This document shows positions 28,650 to 39,179 of a stretch of 64,000 nt of DNA, piece by piece. The stretch is from an uncultured Atopobium sp. (GTDB lineage: Bacteria > Actinomycetota > Coriobacteriia > Coriobacteriales > Atopobiaceae). Numbering within the stretch: the stretch's first letter is position 1; every line of letters starts with the position of its first letter. The position numbers were made by a program, and so were the translations under genes. The stretch covers positions 14,287 through 78,286 of the forward strand of contig CAURGZ010000002.1 of the NCBI GenBank assembly GCA_963524285.1, given 5' to 3'. The notes under the pieces were generated by a model that was not told where the DNA came from, searched no databases, and saw nothing but the letters and a program-made list of their open reading frames with translations.

Positions 28650-30734
28650 TTGGGCGTCTCAGATCTTTTCTCGCTAAATAAAGCTTCAAAGCAACCTCAG
28701 GGTTCTACCCTAGAGAAGATTTTACTGCGCTCAAATAATGTCATTGCCGCTCTTAAAGACCTTGTTGCAAACAATCAGATTGCAGAGGCTGGCCTTCAAG
28801 AGATGCTGATGCGCTCTAAAAATCTCGAGAATACCAATCTGCCCAAGGGCGATGTTCATAAGCTGGACAGAACGGGGCGCTGGTGGTTCAACGCTAACAC
28901 ACTGGAGTGCGCACCAGAAGAGTACGATGCTTTTATTGCAACAGAGGCAATCCTCAACATTTCACAAGATGTTGAAGCCCTAAAGAATACACATGCTTCT
29001 GAGACAGATCTTCAGCTTGTTCGTACTACCCTCTCGCAGGTAGCAAGTCTCATGCCCAAGTCAGCTTCTCTTTCTGAGCAGGTTGCTCCTTTTAGCGGTA
29101 ACGCTGATGGCAGCTCAGACTGGATGAAGCGTCTCTGGTTTGCCAACTATGTTGAGAACACGCCATTCCCTTTTAGGATGGTGTACAACTTCTCTTACAA
29201 TCCACAGCTTGATATTTTGGTATTTGAGTTCTTTGTAGCTCGTCCTCGCTGCTTTAGTTTCTTATCCGCAGAAAAGGCAGAGCAAATTGCAGCGGCGCGC
29301 GCTTACGCGCTGCGTACGTCTCTTTGCGTGGCTCGTATGGCACTTCAAAGCTGCAAAATCTCTCGCGTCTGCATCAACGGCAGCTTGCGCGGAGAAGAAC
29401 GCATTGTCCTATCCATGGACTTAAACGAGGCTGCTCTTGCTCGCCTGCTGCCTACTGCAGCAAACACTCAAATTGACGGCAACAGTTTCCCACAAGATCC
29501 AGCGCTTAGAGTTTCTTTTGACGCTGAAGGTTGGTTTAGCGAGGTTGAGCCTTTTATGAAGCCAACAGACGAGTGGGTGTCTCCTCGTAGTTTCTTTGAA
29601 ATGCCAGACCTTTCTGATCGCCCCTGCTCGCCAGCAGTTACTGCTGTTTGTGGAGCCCAAAAGGTAAGTGACCTTGGCTACTCTGAGGCGTCTCATCGCA
29701 TTAGACTTTGGAACACCACTCTCAACAACATTCCAAAAGATGCCTCTACTGCAGATGCAGTTGGAAAATTTGAGGAAGCAAAAGCTTCAACTTCTGATAT
29801 TTATGCCATTGAAGGCTTTGATAGAGTCATCCATGGCCTGGTTGAAGGCACTATTGATTTCTCGGACAGAAGGTCTATGGCCGAGAAATTCCTCTTTGGT
29901 TCGCCTTTGCAGAAAACGCTTCAATCCATAAATAACATCATGGACGGAGAGCCAGACCCAGACGCTCTAGAAAAGGTGCTTACAGAGCTTGAGTCTCAGG
30001 TTTCACCAACCCTTGATATGGGTCTGTATCTGGATGACTCTGATTCTATCTACAGATATTTTGATTCCCTCTCAGAGCGCGTTGCTTATAACCTTGCATT
30101 CCCAGATGAGCCAAGAAAACTGGTGCTTATTCCAGACACCTATTTTATGTCTTTAGCAAGAATGGCTCGTGCCTACAACCTGCTTGAACAGCCAGAAAAA
30201 GCAGAACGCTATGCACAAGAAGCCCATAGAATTTCTCCTTTGGGAATTGATGCAACGCTGCTATTGGTAAGAACATTAGAAGATCAGTCAAAAGTTTTTG
30301 AGGCTGCAAAGCTGCTCAAAGACCTTATCGCACACATTTTCTCTAGCTCAGATGTTGCTCTGGTGTACTATCGCCTGGCCTATATGGAGTGGAAGCTAGG
30401 ACGCTCTGATCTTTGTGCAGCTTGCTATCAAATGGCAATAATTATCGGCGGCAGTGTTGCCCAGCCTGCAAAAGAAGAGCTTGAAGACCTTCTTAAAGCA
30501 GATACTTCTGTTAAGAAACTAGATACCCCTCAAGAAGTCTTCTCGTTCCTTAAGCAAAATGGTGTTCCTGTCTTTGACCAGAAAGCTGTGTTTAACAAGG
30601 CAGTTGCTATTGGCAGCGCATGTGTTAACGATGGCATTTATTGTGTTGGCCAAAACATGCTCAAGAACTGCCTTGAAATTACCTTTGATGATGCAGCTGC
30701 CAAGGTAGAGAGTTCACTGAGGACGCCCTTCTAG
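28650..30734 (+). CDS. Hypothetical protein with C-terminal TPR-like repeats
   Basis: 694-aa ORF with SD AAGGAG; helical repeats such as AERYAQEAHRISP and YYRLAYMEWKLG. Confidence 0.75.
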   Translation: MGVSDLFSLNKASKQPQGSTLEKILLRSNNVIAALKDLVANNQIAEAGLQEMLMRSKNLENTNLPKGDVHKLDRTGRWWFNANTLECAPEEYDAFIATEAILNISQDVEALKNTHASETDLQLVRTTLSQVASLMPKSASLSEQVAPFSGNADGSSDWMKRLWFANYVENTPFPFRMVYNFSYNPQLDILVFEFFVARPRCFSFLSAEKAEQIAAARAYALRTSLCVARMALQSCKISRVCINGSLRGEERIVLSMDLNEAALARLLPTAANTQIDGNSFPQDPALRVSFDAEGWFSEVEPFMKPTDEWVSPRSFFEMPDLSDRPCSPAVTAVCGAQKVSDLGYSEASHRIRLWNTTLNNIPKDASTADAVGKFEEAKASTSDIYAIEGFDRVIHGLVEGTIDFSDRRSMAEKFLFGSPLQKTLQSINNIMDGEPDPDALEKVLTELESQVSPTLDMGLYLDDSDSIYRYFDSLSERVAYNLAFPDEPRKLVLIPDTYFMSLARMARAYNLLEQPEKAERYAQEAHRISPLGIDATLLLVRTLEDQSKVFEAAKLLKDLIAHIFSSSDVALVYYRLAYMEWKLGRSDLCAACYQMAIIIGGSVAQPAKEELEDLLKADTSVKKLDTPQEVFSFLKQNGVPVFDQKAVFNKAVAIGSACVNDGIYCVGQNMLKNCLEITFDDAAAKVESSLRTPF

Positions 30735-30757
30735 AGGCCGCGCACGTAAGCTATAAC

Positions 30758-31372
30758 TTATTGCTCTGAATGCTGGTTAAACCGAGCGTTTAACCAAAGC
30801 TCTACCTGTGCTTTAAGATCATCAAGGCCTTCAGAGTTTACAAACACTGTATCCGCCTGATTACGCAAATACGTATCGGAAGGCTGATGCGCTATACGCT
30901 GCTCAAACTCTTGGCGAGAAGATCCTCGCTGTTCAGCACGTTCTGCTCTCAGTTCCAAAGGCGCTACAACAACGACAACTTCATCAACCAGCTCAAGCAA
31001 GTCTTCAACGCGGTCAAGCAGCGGAACCTCTACAAAGCAGAACTGAGCATCTGCAGCAAGAGCCTCTTTTGTAAGGAATTGACGCATATATTCCCTGATA
31101 AAAGGCATCTCAAGCTCTTCTAAGAGCTCAGCAGATTCTCTAGTGGCAAAAGCCCTGCGACCAAGCTCTCGCCTATTAATCTCATGAGTAACGGGGTCTA
31201 ACAAATCGTTACCAAAAGCCTCTGCCACACGATACGTACACTCGCATCCAGGTCTCAGAAGTCTACGAGAAACCTCATCAAGATCAAAGCGCAGACCACC
31301 TGCTGCTTCAAACATTTTAGAAACAGTTGATTTACCAGACGCCATTCCGCCGGCGAGAATTACCTTGTACAT
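30758..31372 (-). CDS. coaE: Dephospho-CoA kinase
   Basis: LAGGMASGKSTV, INRRELG, EVPLL. ATG 31372 fits SD AGGAG; GTG 31381 is an alternative start. Confidence 0.92.
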   Translation of the reverse strand: MYKVILAGGMASGKSTVSKMFEAAGGLRFDLDEVSRRLLRPGCECTYRVAEAFGNDLLDPVTHEINRRELGRRAFATRESAELLEELEMPFIREYMRQFLTKEALAADAQFCFVEVPLLDRVEDLLELVDEVVVVVAPLELRAERAEQRGSSRQEFEQRIAHQPSDTYLRNQADTVFVNSEGLDDLKAQVELWLNARFNQHSEQ

Positions 31373-31383
31373 GTAGTTCACTC

Positions 31384-32013
31384 CTATAACTGCAGTGCTG
31401 TATAAGAGCCTAGCAGTTTTACTTCTTCAGGAGTATGAGTTACCCAAATTACAACTTTTGATTCAATGAACGGTTTGACAGAGGCAATAACCTGCTGCTT
31501 AAGCGCTTCGTCTAATCCCTTGAGCGGCTCATCAAAGAGCAAGATGTCTGCATCGGCAAAGAGTGTACGTAAAAGAGCAACGCGTCTCTTTTGACCACCG
31601 GAAAGCTCAGAAACAGGCTTGTTTTCTGTTCCTTCAAGTCCCACCCCACAAAGCACCTCTTTAATACGCTCTCGAGCGCTTTGTTTTTGCTCCTTTGAGT
31701 GCAACTGTATAGCAAGCATGATATTTGCCATAACGCTCAAGTTTTCTAGCAGTCTATCTTCCTGAAACATCATGACCGTTTTAGCGTCAGGCGATTTAAG
31801 TACTGCGCCTGAATCAGCCACTTCAAGACCGCAAAGAATACGAAGAAGTGTTGTTTTACCTGCTCCAGAGGGCTCAGAGAGTACGTACACTCCCCTCTCA
31901 AACTTGTAGGAAAAATCATCAAGCACAACCGTATTGCCAAACGATTTAGTGATGTTTTTTACCTCAAGCAACTGCTCGGTTGCATAGGCACAATTAGTTG
32001 TATTCATACTCAT
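31384..32013 (-). CDS. ABC transporter ATP-binding protein (NitT/TauT type)
   Basis: PSGAGKTT, FQEDRLL, LSGGQKRR, DEP. Start set at ATG 32013, an ATGA overlap with the permease stop. Confidence 0.88.
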   Translation of the reverse strand: MSMNTTNCAYATEQLLEVKNITKSFGNTVVLDDFSYKFERGVYVLSEPSGAGKTTLLRILCGLEVADSGAVLKSPDAKTVMMFQEDRLLENLSVMANIMLAIQLHSKEQKQSARERIKEVLCGVGLEGTENKPVSELSGGQKRRVALLRTLFADADILLFDEPLKGLDEALKQQVIASVKPFIESKVVIWVTHTPEEVKLLGSYTALQL

Positions 32014-32927
32014 GAGCAGCTCTTTTCTAACCTTGCAGCAGCCCATGAAACTAACCGCATCACGATCTTCTCGCCAAGCGCGCTCATCACAATAACCACA
32101 AGCGTCCACGCAAAAAGGGCTGGCGTATCCAAATACACTTTAGCGTTATAGAGGTGCTCGCCAATGGAGAATGCGGGAAGGCCAATGACCTCGGCAGCAA
32201 TTCCCGACTTCCAGCAAAATCCCATGGCAAGTGAGGTGGCTGTCTTAAGCGAAGGCATAAGCTGCGACAAATAAATTGCTTTAATGCGTTGCCAACCGTG
32301 AATTTGGTATACATCAGCCATCTCAATAAGCTGCTGGTCAGTGCTGAGGAGCCCCTCAAGTACCGCAATGTAGATGATGGGAAGTGCCATCAAAAATGAA
32401 ATTGAAATTGAGAGGTAGGGCGTGCGAACCCAGATAAGTAGCAAGATGACAAAAGATGCCACGGGAATTGATTTGATTGTAGAAATAAGCGGCTCAAAAA
32501 GAATCTTAATCAGCTTGTACTTAAAACTCAAAAACGCCAGCAAGGAGCCAACGGTAAAAGCAAGTGCTCCACCAGCAAAAATACGCAAAAGAGAAAGACC
32601 AATAGAAACCCAAAACTCGCGTAGTTGAGCTAGCGAGAAAAGCGTCTGAATGGTCTGAATAGGTGAAGTTAAAACAATATCCTGATTGATGACAACCGCA
32701 GCTATCTGCCACATGACAAGCCAAAATACCAGTGCGCCTAAACGTGCTCCCCAGCTAGAAGCAACTTTGCGCACAGTCGGTTTGCCTTGCACGCGGCCCG
32801 CACCTTGGGTCTGACCTGCGCTTTGGGCCTGATCGTTTTTCTCGACAGAAAAATCTGCCGAGGCAGCGCCTTTCTCGGCGCCACCTCGGGCAGAAATACT
32901 ATCTTTTATGTGCGGGTTATGCGCCAA
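32010..32927 (-). CDS. ABC transporter permease (NitT/TauT/SsuC type)
   Basis: TM helices, LIEMA.VY, WKSGIAAEVI. Confidence 0.88.
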   Translation of the reverse strand: MAHNPHIKDSISARGGAEKGAASADFSVEKNDQAQSAGQTQGAGRVQGKPTVRKVASSWGARLGALVFWLVMWQIAAVVINQDIVLTSPIQTIQTLFSLAQLREFWVSIGLSLLRIFAGGALAFTVGSLLAFLSFKYKLIKILFEPLISTIKSIPVASFVILLLIWVRTPYLSISISFLMALPIIYIAVLEGLLSTDQQLIEMADVYQIHGWQRIKAIYLSQLMPSLKTATSLAMGFCWKSGIAAEVIGLPAFSIGEHLYNAKVYLDTPALFAWTLVVIVMSALGEKIVMRLVSWAAARLEKSCS

Positions 32928-33933
32928 AGTAGAAATCGTCTCCAGGAACCTGTCCGCCTACTGCCTGAGAATTAGCCTCAGCCAGAATGCCTAAGTAACT
33001 TGAAAGTGCGCTCTTCATATCTGCGCCATCAATATACGTAATATTACACTTAGGCAACGCAACCTTGGCAATAGGCTCTGGAACAATACCGTATTTACCT
33101 ACAAGCGTAGCAGCCTCATCTGGATGATCAACCGCAAATGCAACAGAGTCTTTGTAGTGAGAAAGCAGCGCCGTTACCGCATCTGGAGAATCTGAGATGA
33201 GCTTTGAAGAAATAATAGTTACGCCGGCAATCAGCTTGCTCTGAGGATTGACAGCCTCCCACTCAGCGCCAAGGTCGATTGCAATACGAATCTGGCTGTT
33301 CTTGCTTTGTGCTACCGTAACAAAAGGCTGTGGGAGCAGCGCAATTCCCTCTGGATCTTGAGCTAGAGCAGCAACACACTCGGTATGTTCGCTCTTCCAC
33401 TCTACCTGGACGTCCTCACCAAGTGTCATACCATTTTTGCTCAACAGGTAGGACAATGTGTACTCTGGGACAGCACCCTTACCAGAAGCGTAGAGCGTCT
33501 TTCCCTTGAGGTCAGTAAGCTTAGAGATAGCGCTACCCGTCTCAACAATGTAAAGGACGTTCAATACGTTAAGACAAGCTACCTTATAGGCGCCTTTGGT
33601 CTTGTTAAAGAGCGTAGCTGCAAGGTTTGCAGGAATAGAGGCAACGTCAACGTCACCCTGAGCAACCTTAGCAACTACCTGATCAGGAGCATCCAAAATC
33701 TCAAACGAGTAGTTGTTATCGGTAATGTTTTGCGCCTCAACCTCGCTCATGAACTTAACTAAGCCCATGGCAGTAGGTCCTTTGAGCGTTGCAACTTTTA
33801 CCGCAACGGGATCAGATTTCTTAGCCTCATCTTTTGCAGCATCTTGAGACTTCTCTTGGTCTGTTCCCTTGCAGCCAAACAATGCAGTAGCTGGAATAAG
33901 ACCTGCAAGTTTAAGGAACGAACGTCTATCCAT
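32917..33933 (-). CDS. ABC substrate-binding lipoprotein (NMT1/SsuA-like)
   Basis: DRRSFLK signal, FGC lipobox, LKGPTAMG, LPQPF. Confidence 0.85.
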   Translation of the reverse strand: MDRRSFLKLAGLIPATALFGCKGTDQEKSQDAAKDEAKKSDPVAVKVATLKGPTAMGLVKFMSEVEAQNITDNNYSFEILDAPDQVVAKVAQGDVDVASIPANLAATLFNKTKGAYKVACLNVLNVLYIVETGSAISKLTDLKGKTLYASGKGAVPEYTLSYLLSKNGMTLGEDVQVEWKSEHTECVAALAQDPEGIALLPQPFVTVAQSKNSQIRIAIDLGAEWEAVNPQSKLIAGVTIISSKLISDSPDAVTALLSHYKDSVAFAVDHPDEAATLVGKYGIVPEPIAKVALPKCNITYIDGADMKSALSSYLGILAEANSQAVGGQVPGDDFYFGA

Positions 33934-34065
33934 GAATCACTCCTGACTCGAAAAGTTAACTACGGCTACCTTATCACGTCTACAGCAAAATTCATACGAT
34001 ATACAGCATATCTTGCAAACTCTTTGATACATCCAAAAGGCAAGACGTGCCAATGGCGAGAAAAA

Positions 34066-35127
34066 CTAGTTCTTCTCGCCATATCCAAGGACGTACGCAC
34101 GACACAGGTTCTCAGTGCCGATAATTGCATCGATGTGGCAGCGCTCGCGACCGTGAGTGTTGAGACATGCTGGACCAAATGCGCCGCTCTTAAGATCGTT
34201 GCCAGAGAAATACGCAGCGTTAGCATCAGTTGAGAAGTGGAAGGCAACCTGCTGGTTCCACTTTTCTGGCTCAACAACCTCCTGCGCACACACAATAAGT
34301 TTGTTGGAAACTTCCCAATCGTAAGGCGAGCGAATATCAGAAACAATGATACCTACGTGGTGCTCGTTTGAATTGTAGTCAGGGCCAATAAGGGTAATGT
34401 CCAGCGATACGTACTCATCCACCTCAACAGGCAAGAATGCGCCGCCGTGACCAATCTCCTCGTACATTGGGAATGCGAACAAGGTGTTATAGAGGGGTTT
34501 CTCGCCAGATTGCGCCAGCCAACGGAGTGTATGAAGCTGTGCGGCAACACAAGCCTTATCGTCGATAAAGCGAGAAACCATATAGCCGTTGTCATACATC
34601 TCAAAGTGAGGATCAATGGCAACAACTGCACCCTCAGAGACGCCCAGCGCACGAGCTTCCTCAGGGGAAGAAACGTCAGCGATAAGCGAGATGGACATGT
34701 TGTCCTCGTTGCGCTCCATGGTTCGAGCGTCTTCAAAGACGTGAACGGAGTGGTGATTGCAGATTACCTGACCATCAACAACGGAGCCATCTCTGCAGAC
34801 AACATGGCAGGTCTCGCCCTCAATGCTGTGGTAGTTGATGCCGCCCAGCTGGCGAACGCGCAGTGTGCCGTCTGAATTGAAGCCGCGAACAATCAGGCCA
34901 ATGGTGTCAAGGTGAGCATTAACGCCCACAGTCTTGCTGGTATCTTTACCCTCTACCAGGACATACGCCGTAGCTTTGTTATCAATCTGAAGCTCATAGC
35001 CCGCCTCGGCAACAAGCTCTCGAAGCAGCTCATGGATGCGCTCGTAGTAGCCAACAGGGCTATCGCACTCAACAAGCTTCTTTGTAGTATCAATCAAATA
35101 CTGTGTATCAGTTTCAAAATGAGTCAT
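34066..35127 (-). CDS. M42 family metallopeptidase
   Basis: AHLDTIG, DDKA, YEEIGHG, THGRER. Confidence 0.88.
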   Translation of the reverse strand: MTHFETDTQYLIDTTKKLVECDSPVGYYERIHELLRELVAEAGYELQIDNKATAYVLVEGKDTSKTVGVNAHLDTIGLIVRGFNSDGTLRVRQLGGINYHSIEGETCHVVCRDGSVVDGQVICNHHSVHVFEDARTMERNEDNMSISLIADVSSPEEARALGVSEGAVVAIDPHFEMYDNGYMVSRFIDDKACVAAQLHTLRWLAQSGEKPLYNTLFAFPMYEEIGHGGAFLPVEVDEYVSLDITLIGPDYNSNEHHVGIIVSDIRSPYDWEVSNKLIVCAQEVVEPEKWNQQVAFHFSTDANAAYFSGNDLKSGAFGPACLNTHGRERCHIDAIIGTENLCRAYVLGYGEKN

Positions 35128-35136
35128 GACTATCTC

Positions 35137-36387
35137 CTAGTTTTGTGGATGGGTGTAGAGCTCTACCAGGTGCTCAAGCATGTCAACCATGCCCTCAAGC
35201 TCTGGGACAGGAACAAACTCTCTGACGCCGTGAGCATTGTAGTAGCAGGCAGAAAGATTAGCGCAAGGGAATCCTCTAAAGGAAAGCTGGGATCCATCGG
35301 TGCCGCCGCGCATTGGAATGCAGGTCATCTCTACGCCGACCTTCTCGTATGCAGTGCGAGCATTCTCGATTAAGTGCGCATACTCAGGCTTTAATACGAT
35401 GTCAGCCAAGTTGTGATACTGGTCGTAAATCTCAACGGAAAGTACCTCAGAGCCAATCTGCTTGTTTACATACGCTGCAGCATCAACCATCAACTGCTTA
35501 CGGCGCTCAACCTTTGCCTGGTCATGGTCTCGAATAATGTAATCAGCGCGAGCAGACTCGCAATCACCGTTGACGCGCTCCAGATAGAAGAAGCCATCAT
35601 AGCCCTCAGTGAACTCAGGACGCTCCGCAGGTGGAAGCAGCTCGTGGAAGCGCATGATTGCCTCAGATGCATTGATCATCTGGCCTTTTGCGGTACCCGT
35701 GTGAACCGAAAGTCCGTGAGCACGCACAAACACCTCAGCAGCATTGAAGGTCTCGTAGCAGAACTCACCAAACGGACCCCCATCAATGGTGTAACCATAC
35801 GCAGCACCAAAAGCGTCAAGATCCAGAAGAGCTGCGCCGTGGCCAATCTCCTCATCAGGAACAAACGCAAGTGCAATACGTGGGTGCTTAAGTTCTGGAT
35901 GCTCTTTGTAGCGAGCAAGCAAACTGACCAGCATGGCAATGCCAGCCTTGTCATCGCCGCCAAGCAGCGACGTGCCATCAGTGGTAACAAGCTGCCAACC
36001 AATCATGTGCTCAAGCTGAGGATTTGTCTCAGGGCTGATATAGACCTCTCTGCCCTCACGATCAGAACCAACCACCAACTTGCCACCCTCATACGTAACT
36101 ACCTGAGGATGAACGGGGTTACCCCAAGACTGCCAAGCCGTATCAATGTGGCAGCAGAAACCAAGAGTTGGAAGGTCCTCCAAACCCTTGCTTGCCGGCC
36201 AGTGAGCAACCACATAGGCGTGCTCATCAACAACCACATTCTCTGCGCCAAGCTCGCGAAGGTCAGCCGCAACAACCTCAGCCATCTGGTGCTGAGACTC
36301 AGTTGAAGGAACGGTATCTGCCGTCAGAGGATTAGACTGAGAAGAAACCTTGCAATACTCAATAAATCTATCTAGAACGTCACTCAT
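35137..36387 (-). CDS. pepT: Peptidase T (tripeptide aminopeptidase)
   Basis: HIDT, GTSLLGGDDKAG, DEEIGHG, RGGTDGSQLS. Confidence 0.94.
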   Translation of the reverse strand: MSDVLDRFIEYCKVSSQSNPLTADTVPSTESQHQMAEVVAADLRELGAENVVVDEHAYVVAHWPASKGLEDLPTLGFCCHIDTAWQSWGNPVHPQVVTYEGGKLVVGSDREGREVYISPETNPQLEHMIGWQLVTTDGTSLLGGDDKAGIAMLVSLLARYKEHPELKHPRIALAFVPDEEIGHGAALLDLDAFGAAYGYTIDGGPFGEFCYETFNAAEVFVRAHGLSVHTGTAKGQMINASEAIMRFHELLPPAERPEFTEGYDGFFYLERVNGDCESARADYIIRDHDQAKVERRKQLMVDAAAYVNKQIGSEVLSVEIYDQYHNLADIVLKPEYAHLIENARTAYEKVGVEMTCIPMRGGTDGSQLSFRGFPCANLSACYYNAHGVREFVPVPELEGMVDMLEHLVELYTHPQN

Positions 36388-36400
36388 AAAACTCCCTTAC

Positions 36401-36435
36401 AAAAAACTGCGCTAACCAAATAGTTAACGCAGTTT
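36401..36435 (-). terminator. Stem-loop between the C26 peptidase gene and pepT
   Basis: AAACTGCG.TAAC...GTTA.CGCAGTTT with A-run. Confidence 0.5.
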
Positions 36436-36449
36436 AGAGTATCAATGTA

Positions 36450-37244
36450 TTAACGAGAAGACCGTGAGGCTCGTGAAGCTGTAACAAAGGATTTCCAAAG
36501 TTCACAGTCAGCTTTGCTGTATTGCCAACCATACTCTGGATGCCATTGCACACCTAGAGCAAACGTCTTGCCCTTGACCTCGGCTCCTTCAATAATGCCG
36601 TCTGAAGCATACGCAACTACATTAAGCTCAGCGGAAACCTTTTTCAGGGCCTCATCGTGATACGAGTTTGCTTGAATGTCTTCAACCTTACCCAGAGCGT
36701 TGTACAGCAAAGAATCTTTTTGAACATGAACAGCATGAGCTGGATGGTACAAATTTGCCGAATGAGTCCAGAATGCATGATTTTCTGTTGGTTCAAGGGT
36801 GTGCAAATCTTGTACAAGCGTACCGCCCAGCACAACGTTTAAAAGCTGTAGGCCACGGCAAATGGCAAGTAAAGGTTTATCTGCAGCAAGTACCTGCTTT
36901 ACCAGCTCAAACTCAAGCGCATCTCGGATAGGACACAAACGATTAAGGTCGCGTGGCTCTTCTCCCCAATTGCGAGGGTCAACATCATGACCACCAGTGA
37001 GGCAGAAGCCGTCACACATCTCAACAAACTGACCAATAACTTCTGGATCTTCTGTTAAAGGCATCATGATTGGGATGCCACCAGCTGCAAGAATGGCATC
37101 AAACTGAATTTGTGATACAGAAGCAGAATCAGAAAAATTTTCTTCAGGCATCCAGCGAGGAGTTACACAGATAAGAGGGCGCTTAGAAGCAGGAAGCTTG
37201 GGAACATCACTAAATGCATCTTTAACAATATCTGGAATAACCAC
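36450..37244 (-). CDS. Peptidase C26 / gamma-glutamyl hydrolase (PuuD-like)
   Basis: LTGGHDVDP, AICRGLQ, NSYH, VQWHPE. Confidence 0.9.
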   Translation of the reverse strand: MVIPDIVKDAFSDVPKLPASKRPLICVTPRWMPEENFSDSASVSQIQFDAILAAGGIPIMMPLTEDPEVIGQFVEMCDGFCLTGGHDVDPRNWGEEPRDLNRLCPIRDALEFELVKQVLAADKPLLAICRGLQLLNVVLGGTLVQDLHTLEPTENHAFWTHSANLYHPAHAVHVQKDSLLYNALGKVEDIQANSYHDEALKKVSAELNVVAYASDGIIEGAEVKGKTFALGVQWHPEYGWQYSKADCELWKSFVTASRASRSSR

Positions 37245-37479
37245 AAAATCCTCTTATCAGTCAGTACTTCTATCTAAATTCACGTTAAAGGTATACCCTT
37301 AATGAGTCTATGACTTTATCGCTTTTGCGTTTTTCATGCCACCCTGACAACTCTTCCTTCACAATGTTTTTTCACTCATGAAACATTTTTTCTGTATTGC
37401 ATACAATTAATTTGGGTATTAAGAAGCCAGTTCCTACATTTAAACTTCATGTTGTGAAGATACAAACGGAAGGCGCCCT

Positions 37480-39084
37480 ATGAAAGAGCACGTTTTTACT
37501 AATCTTTCCCGTAAAACATTCTTACGTGGATCTTTGGCGGCTGCCGTTGCCGCCGGTTCTGCTTCACTACTTTCTGCTTGTGGCGGTTCAGCTGGCGAAG
37601 ACAACCAGAAAAAAGTATTGCGCTTTGGCGTAAATAACCCAAAGGTAACCTTTGATACTCAGAAGACCTCTGGCTCTGTTGGCGTATCTGAGGCAGTTGC
37701 AGAATCTTTGCTGGTGCTTAACCCAGACACAAAAGAAATTGAGCCAAACCTGGTAACAGGTCTCCCTACCGTCTCTGAAGATGGCCTTACCTACTCATAT
37801 GAGCTTAAGGATGGCATTAAATTCCACAATGGAGAGACCCTTAAGTCCTCTGACGTTAAATACACCTTGACGCGTATGTTCTTGCCAGCTACTAAGGCAA
37901 CCTCAATTGACTCGTATGCATACATTGAGGGCGCTAAAGATATTATTGCTGGCACAACAGAAGAGCTTTCTGGTGTTGTTATTAAGGATGACCGTCACTT
38001 TGACATCAAACTGACTCAGCCTTATTCAACCTTTAATGCAATCATGGCTCAGTTCTACGCTGTTATCTACCCAGAGAAGGCTTGCAAAGAAGCTGGTGAA
38101 GCATGGGGTACTGAGACCAACTTCATTGGTACTGGCGCTTATAAGCTTGTCTCTAATGACAGCACCACAGAAGTTGTTCTTGAGGGATTTGCTGATTACC
38201 ATGAGGGTAAGCCTGGTCTGGATGAGCTTAGATTTGTCTACATTGACGACGCTAACACCCGTGTTCTTAACTACAAGAACAACGATGTTGACCTGGTCTT
38301 TATTTCTCAGTCTCTTATTCAGCAGTATCAAAATGATGAGTCTATTTCCAAAGAGATTGTCAACTACACCCCTGCATCTACGCAGTTTGTAAACTTGAAC
38401 CTTAAGAGCGAGAACCTCAAAGATGTTCGCGTTCGCCAGGCACTCTCTATGGCAATTGATAGAGACACCATTTGTAGCACCATTCTTTCTGGTGTTGCAA
38501 AGCCTGCTAAGTCGTTTATCCCATCTTCTGAGACCGGCTACAATGAGTCCGCTCCAGAGTTTGAGTACAACGTAGACAAAGCAAAGCAACTTCTTGCACA
38601 GGCAGGTGTTTCTAACCTCACTCTTAACGCTCAGGTCAGAAGCCAGGATCAGAACCTCATGGTTGCTCTTCAGGATGCTTGGTCAAAGATTGGCGTTACC
38701 TGTAACGTAAGCGTTATTGACTCTGGTGTTTGGAGCGACGCACGTACTAACGGTGACCTTGAAGTCACTCTTGTTACCTGGTCTACCCTCTCCTTCCAGG
38801 GTGTTGAGCACATGGGCTCCTACTTCCGCTCTGACCGCGCCGCTAAGAAGTCTTCCTTCTACAACAGCACCGAGTTTGACAACCTGGTTGACCAGGCTCG
38901 CCTTACCGTTAACAACAACGACAAGGTACTTGAGCTTACCCGCCAGGCAGATAGCCTTATGACTCACACAGACTACGCTTGCCTGCCTATCGACTGGCCA
39001 CAGATGCCTTACGTCTTGAAGCCAGAGTTTACCGGCCTCAGCGTTCTGGTTAACCCTCACTTCGATAAGGTTAAGAAGAAGTAA
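37480..39084 (+). CDS. oppA: Oligopeptide ABC substrate-binding lipoprotein (second OppA)
   Basis: SRKTFL signal, LSAC lipobox, family-5 SBP motifs; paralog of 43412..45058. Confidence 0.85.
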   Translation: MKEHVFTNLSRKTFLRGSLAAAVAAGSASLLSACGGSAGEDNQKKVLRFGVNNPKVTFDTQKTSGSVGVSEAVAESLLVLNPDTKEIEPNLVTGLPTVSEDGLTYSYELKDGIKFHNGETLKSSDVKYTLTRMFLPATKATSIDSYAYIEGAKDIIAGTTEELSGVVIKDDRHFDIKLTQPYSTFNAIMAQFYAVIYPEKACKEAGEAWGTETNFIGTGAYKLVSNDSTTEVVLEGFADYHEGKPGLDELRFVYIDDANTRVLNYKNNDVDLVFISQSLIQQYQNDESISKEIVNYTPASTQFVNLNLKSENLKDVRVRQALSMAIDRDTICSTILSGVAKPAKSFIPSSETGYNESAPEFEYNVDKAKQLLAQAGVSNLTLNAQVRSQDQNLMVALQDAWSKIGVTCNVSVIDSGVWSDARTNGDLEVTLVTWSTLSFQGVEHMGSYFRSDRAAKKSSFYNSTEFDNLVDQARLTVNNNDKVLELTRQADSLMTHTDYACLPIDWPQMPYVLKPEFTGLSVLVNPHFDKVKKK

Positions 39085-39103
39085 GGCTTCCTCCATACAA
39101 AAC

Positions 39104-39140
39104 AAAGGCGAGAAGATCAATTGGTCTTCTCGCCATTTTT
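39104..39140. terminator. Bidirectional terminator between convergent oppA and oppF
   Basis: GGCGAGAAGATC...GGTCTTCTCGCC flanked by A- and T-runs. Confidence 0.75.
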
Positions 39141-39179
39141 GTGTTTGTATGCCGTTTTAAGACACGACAATAAGATGCG

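Noticed and set aside
35413..36306. 297-aa + strand ORF
   Set aside because: Antisense to pepT.
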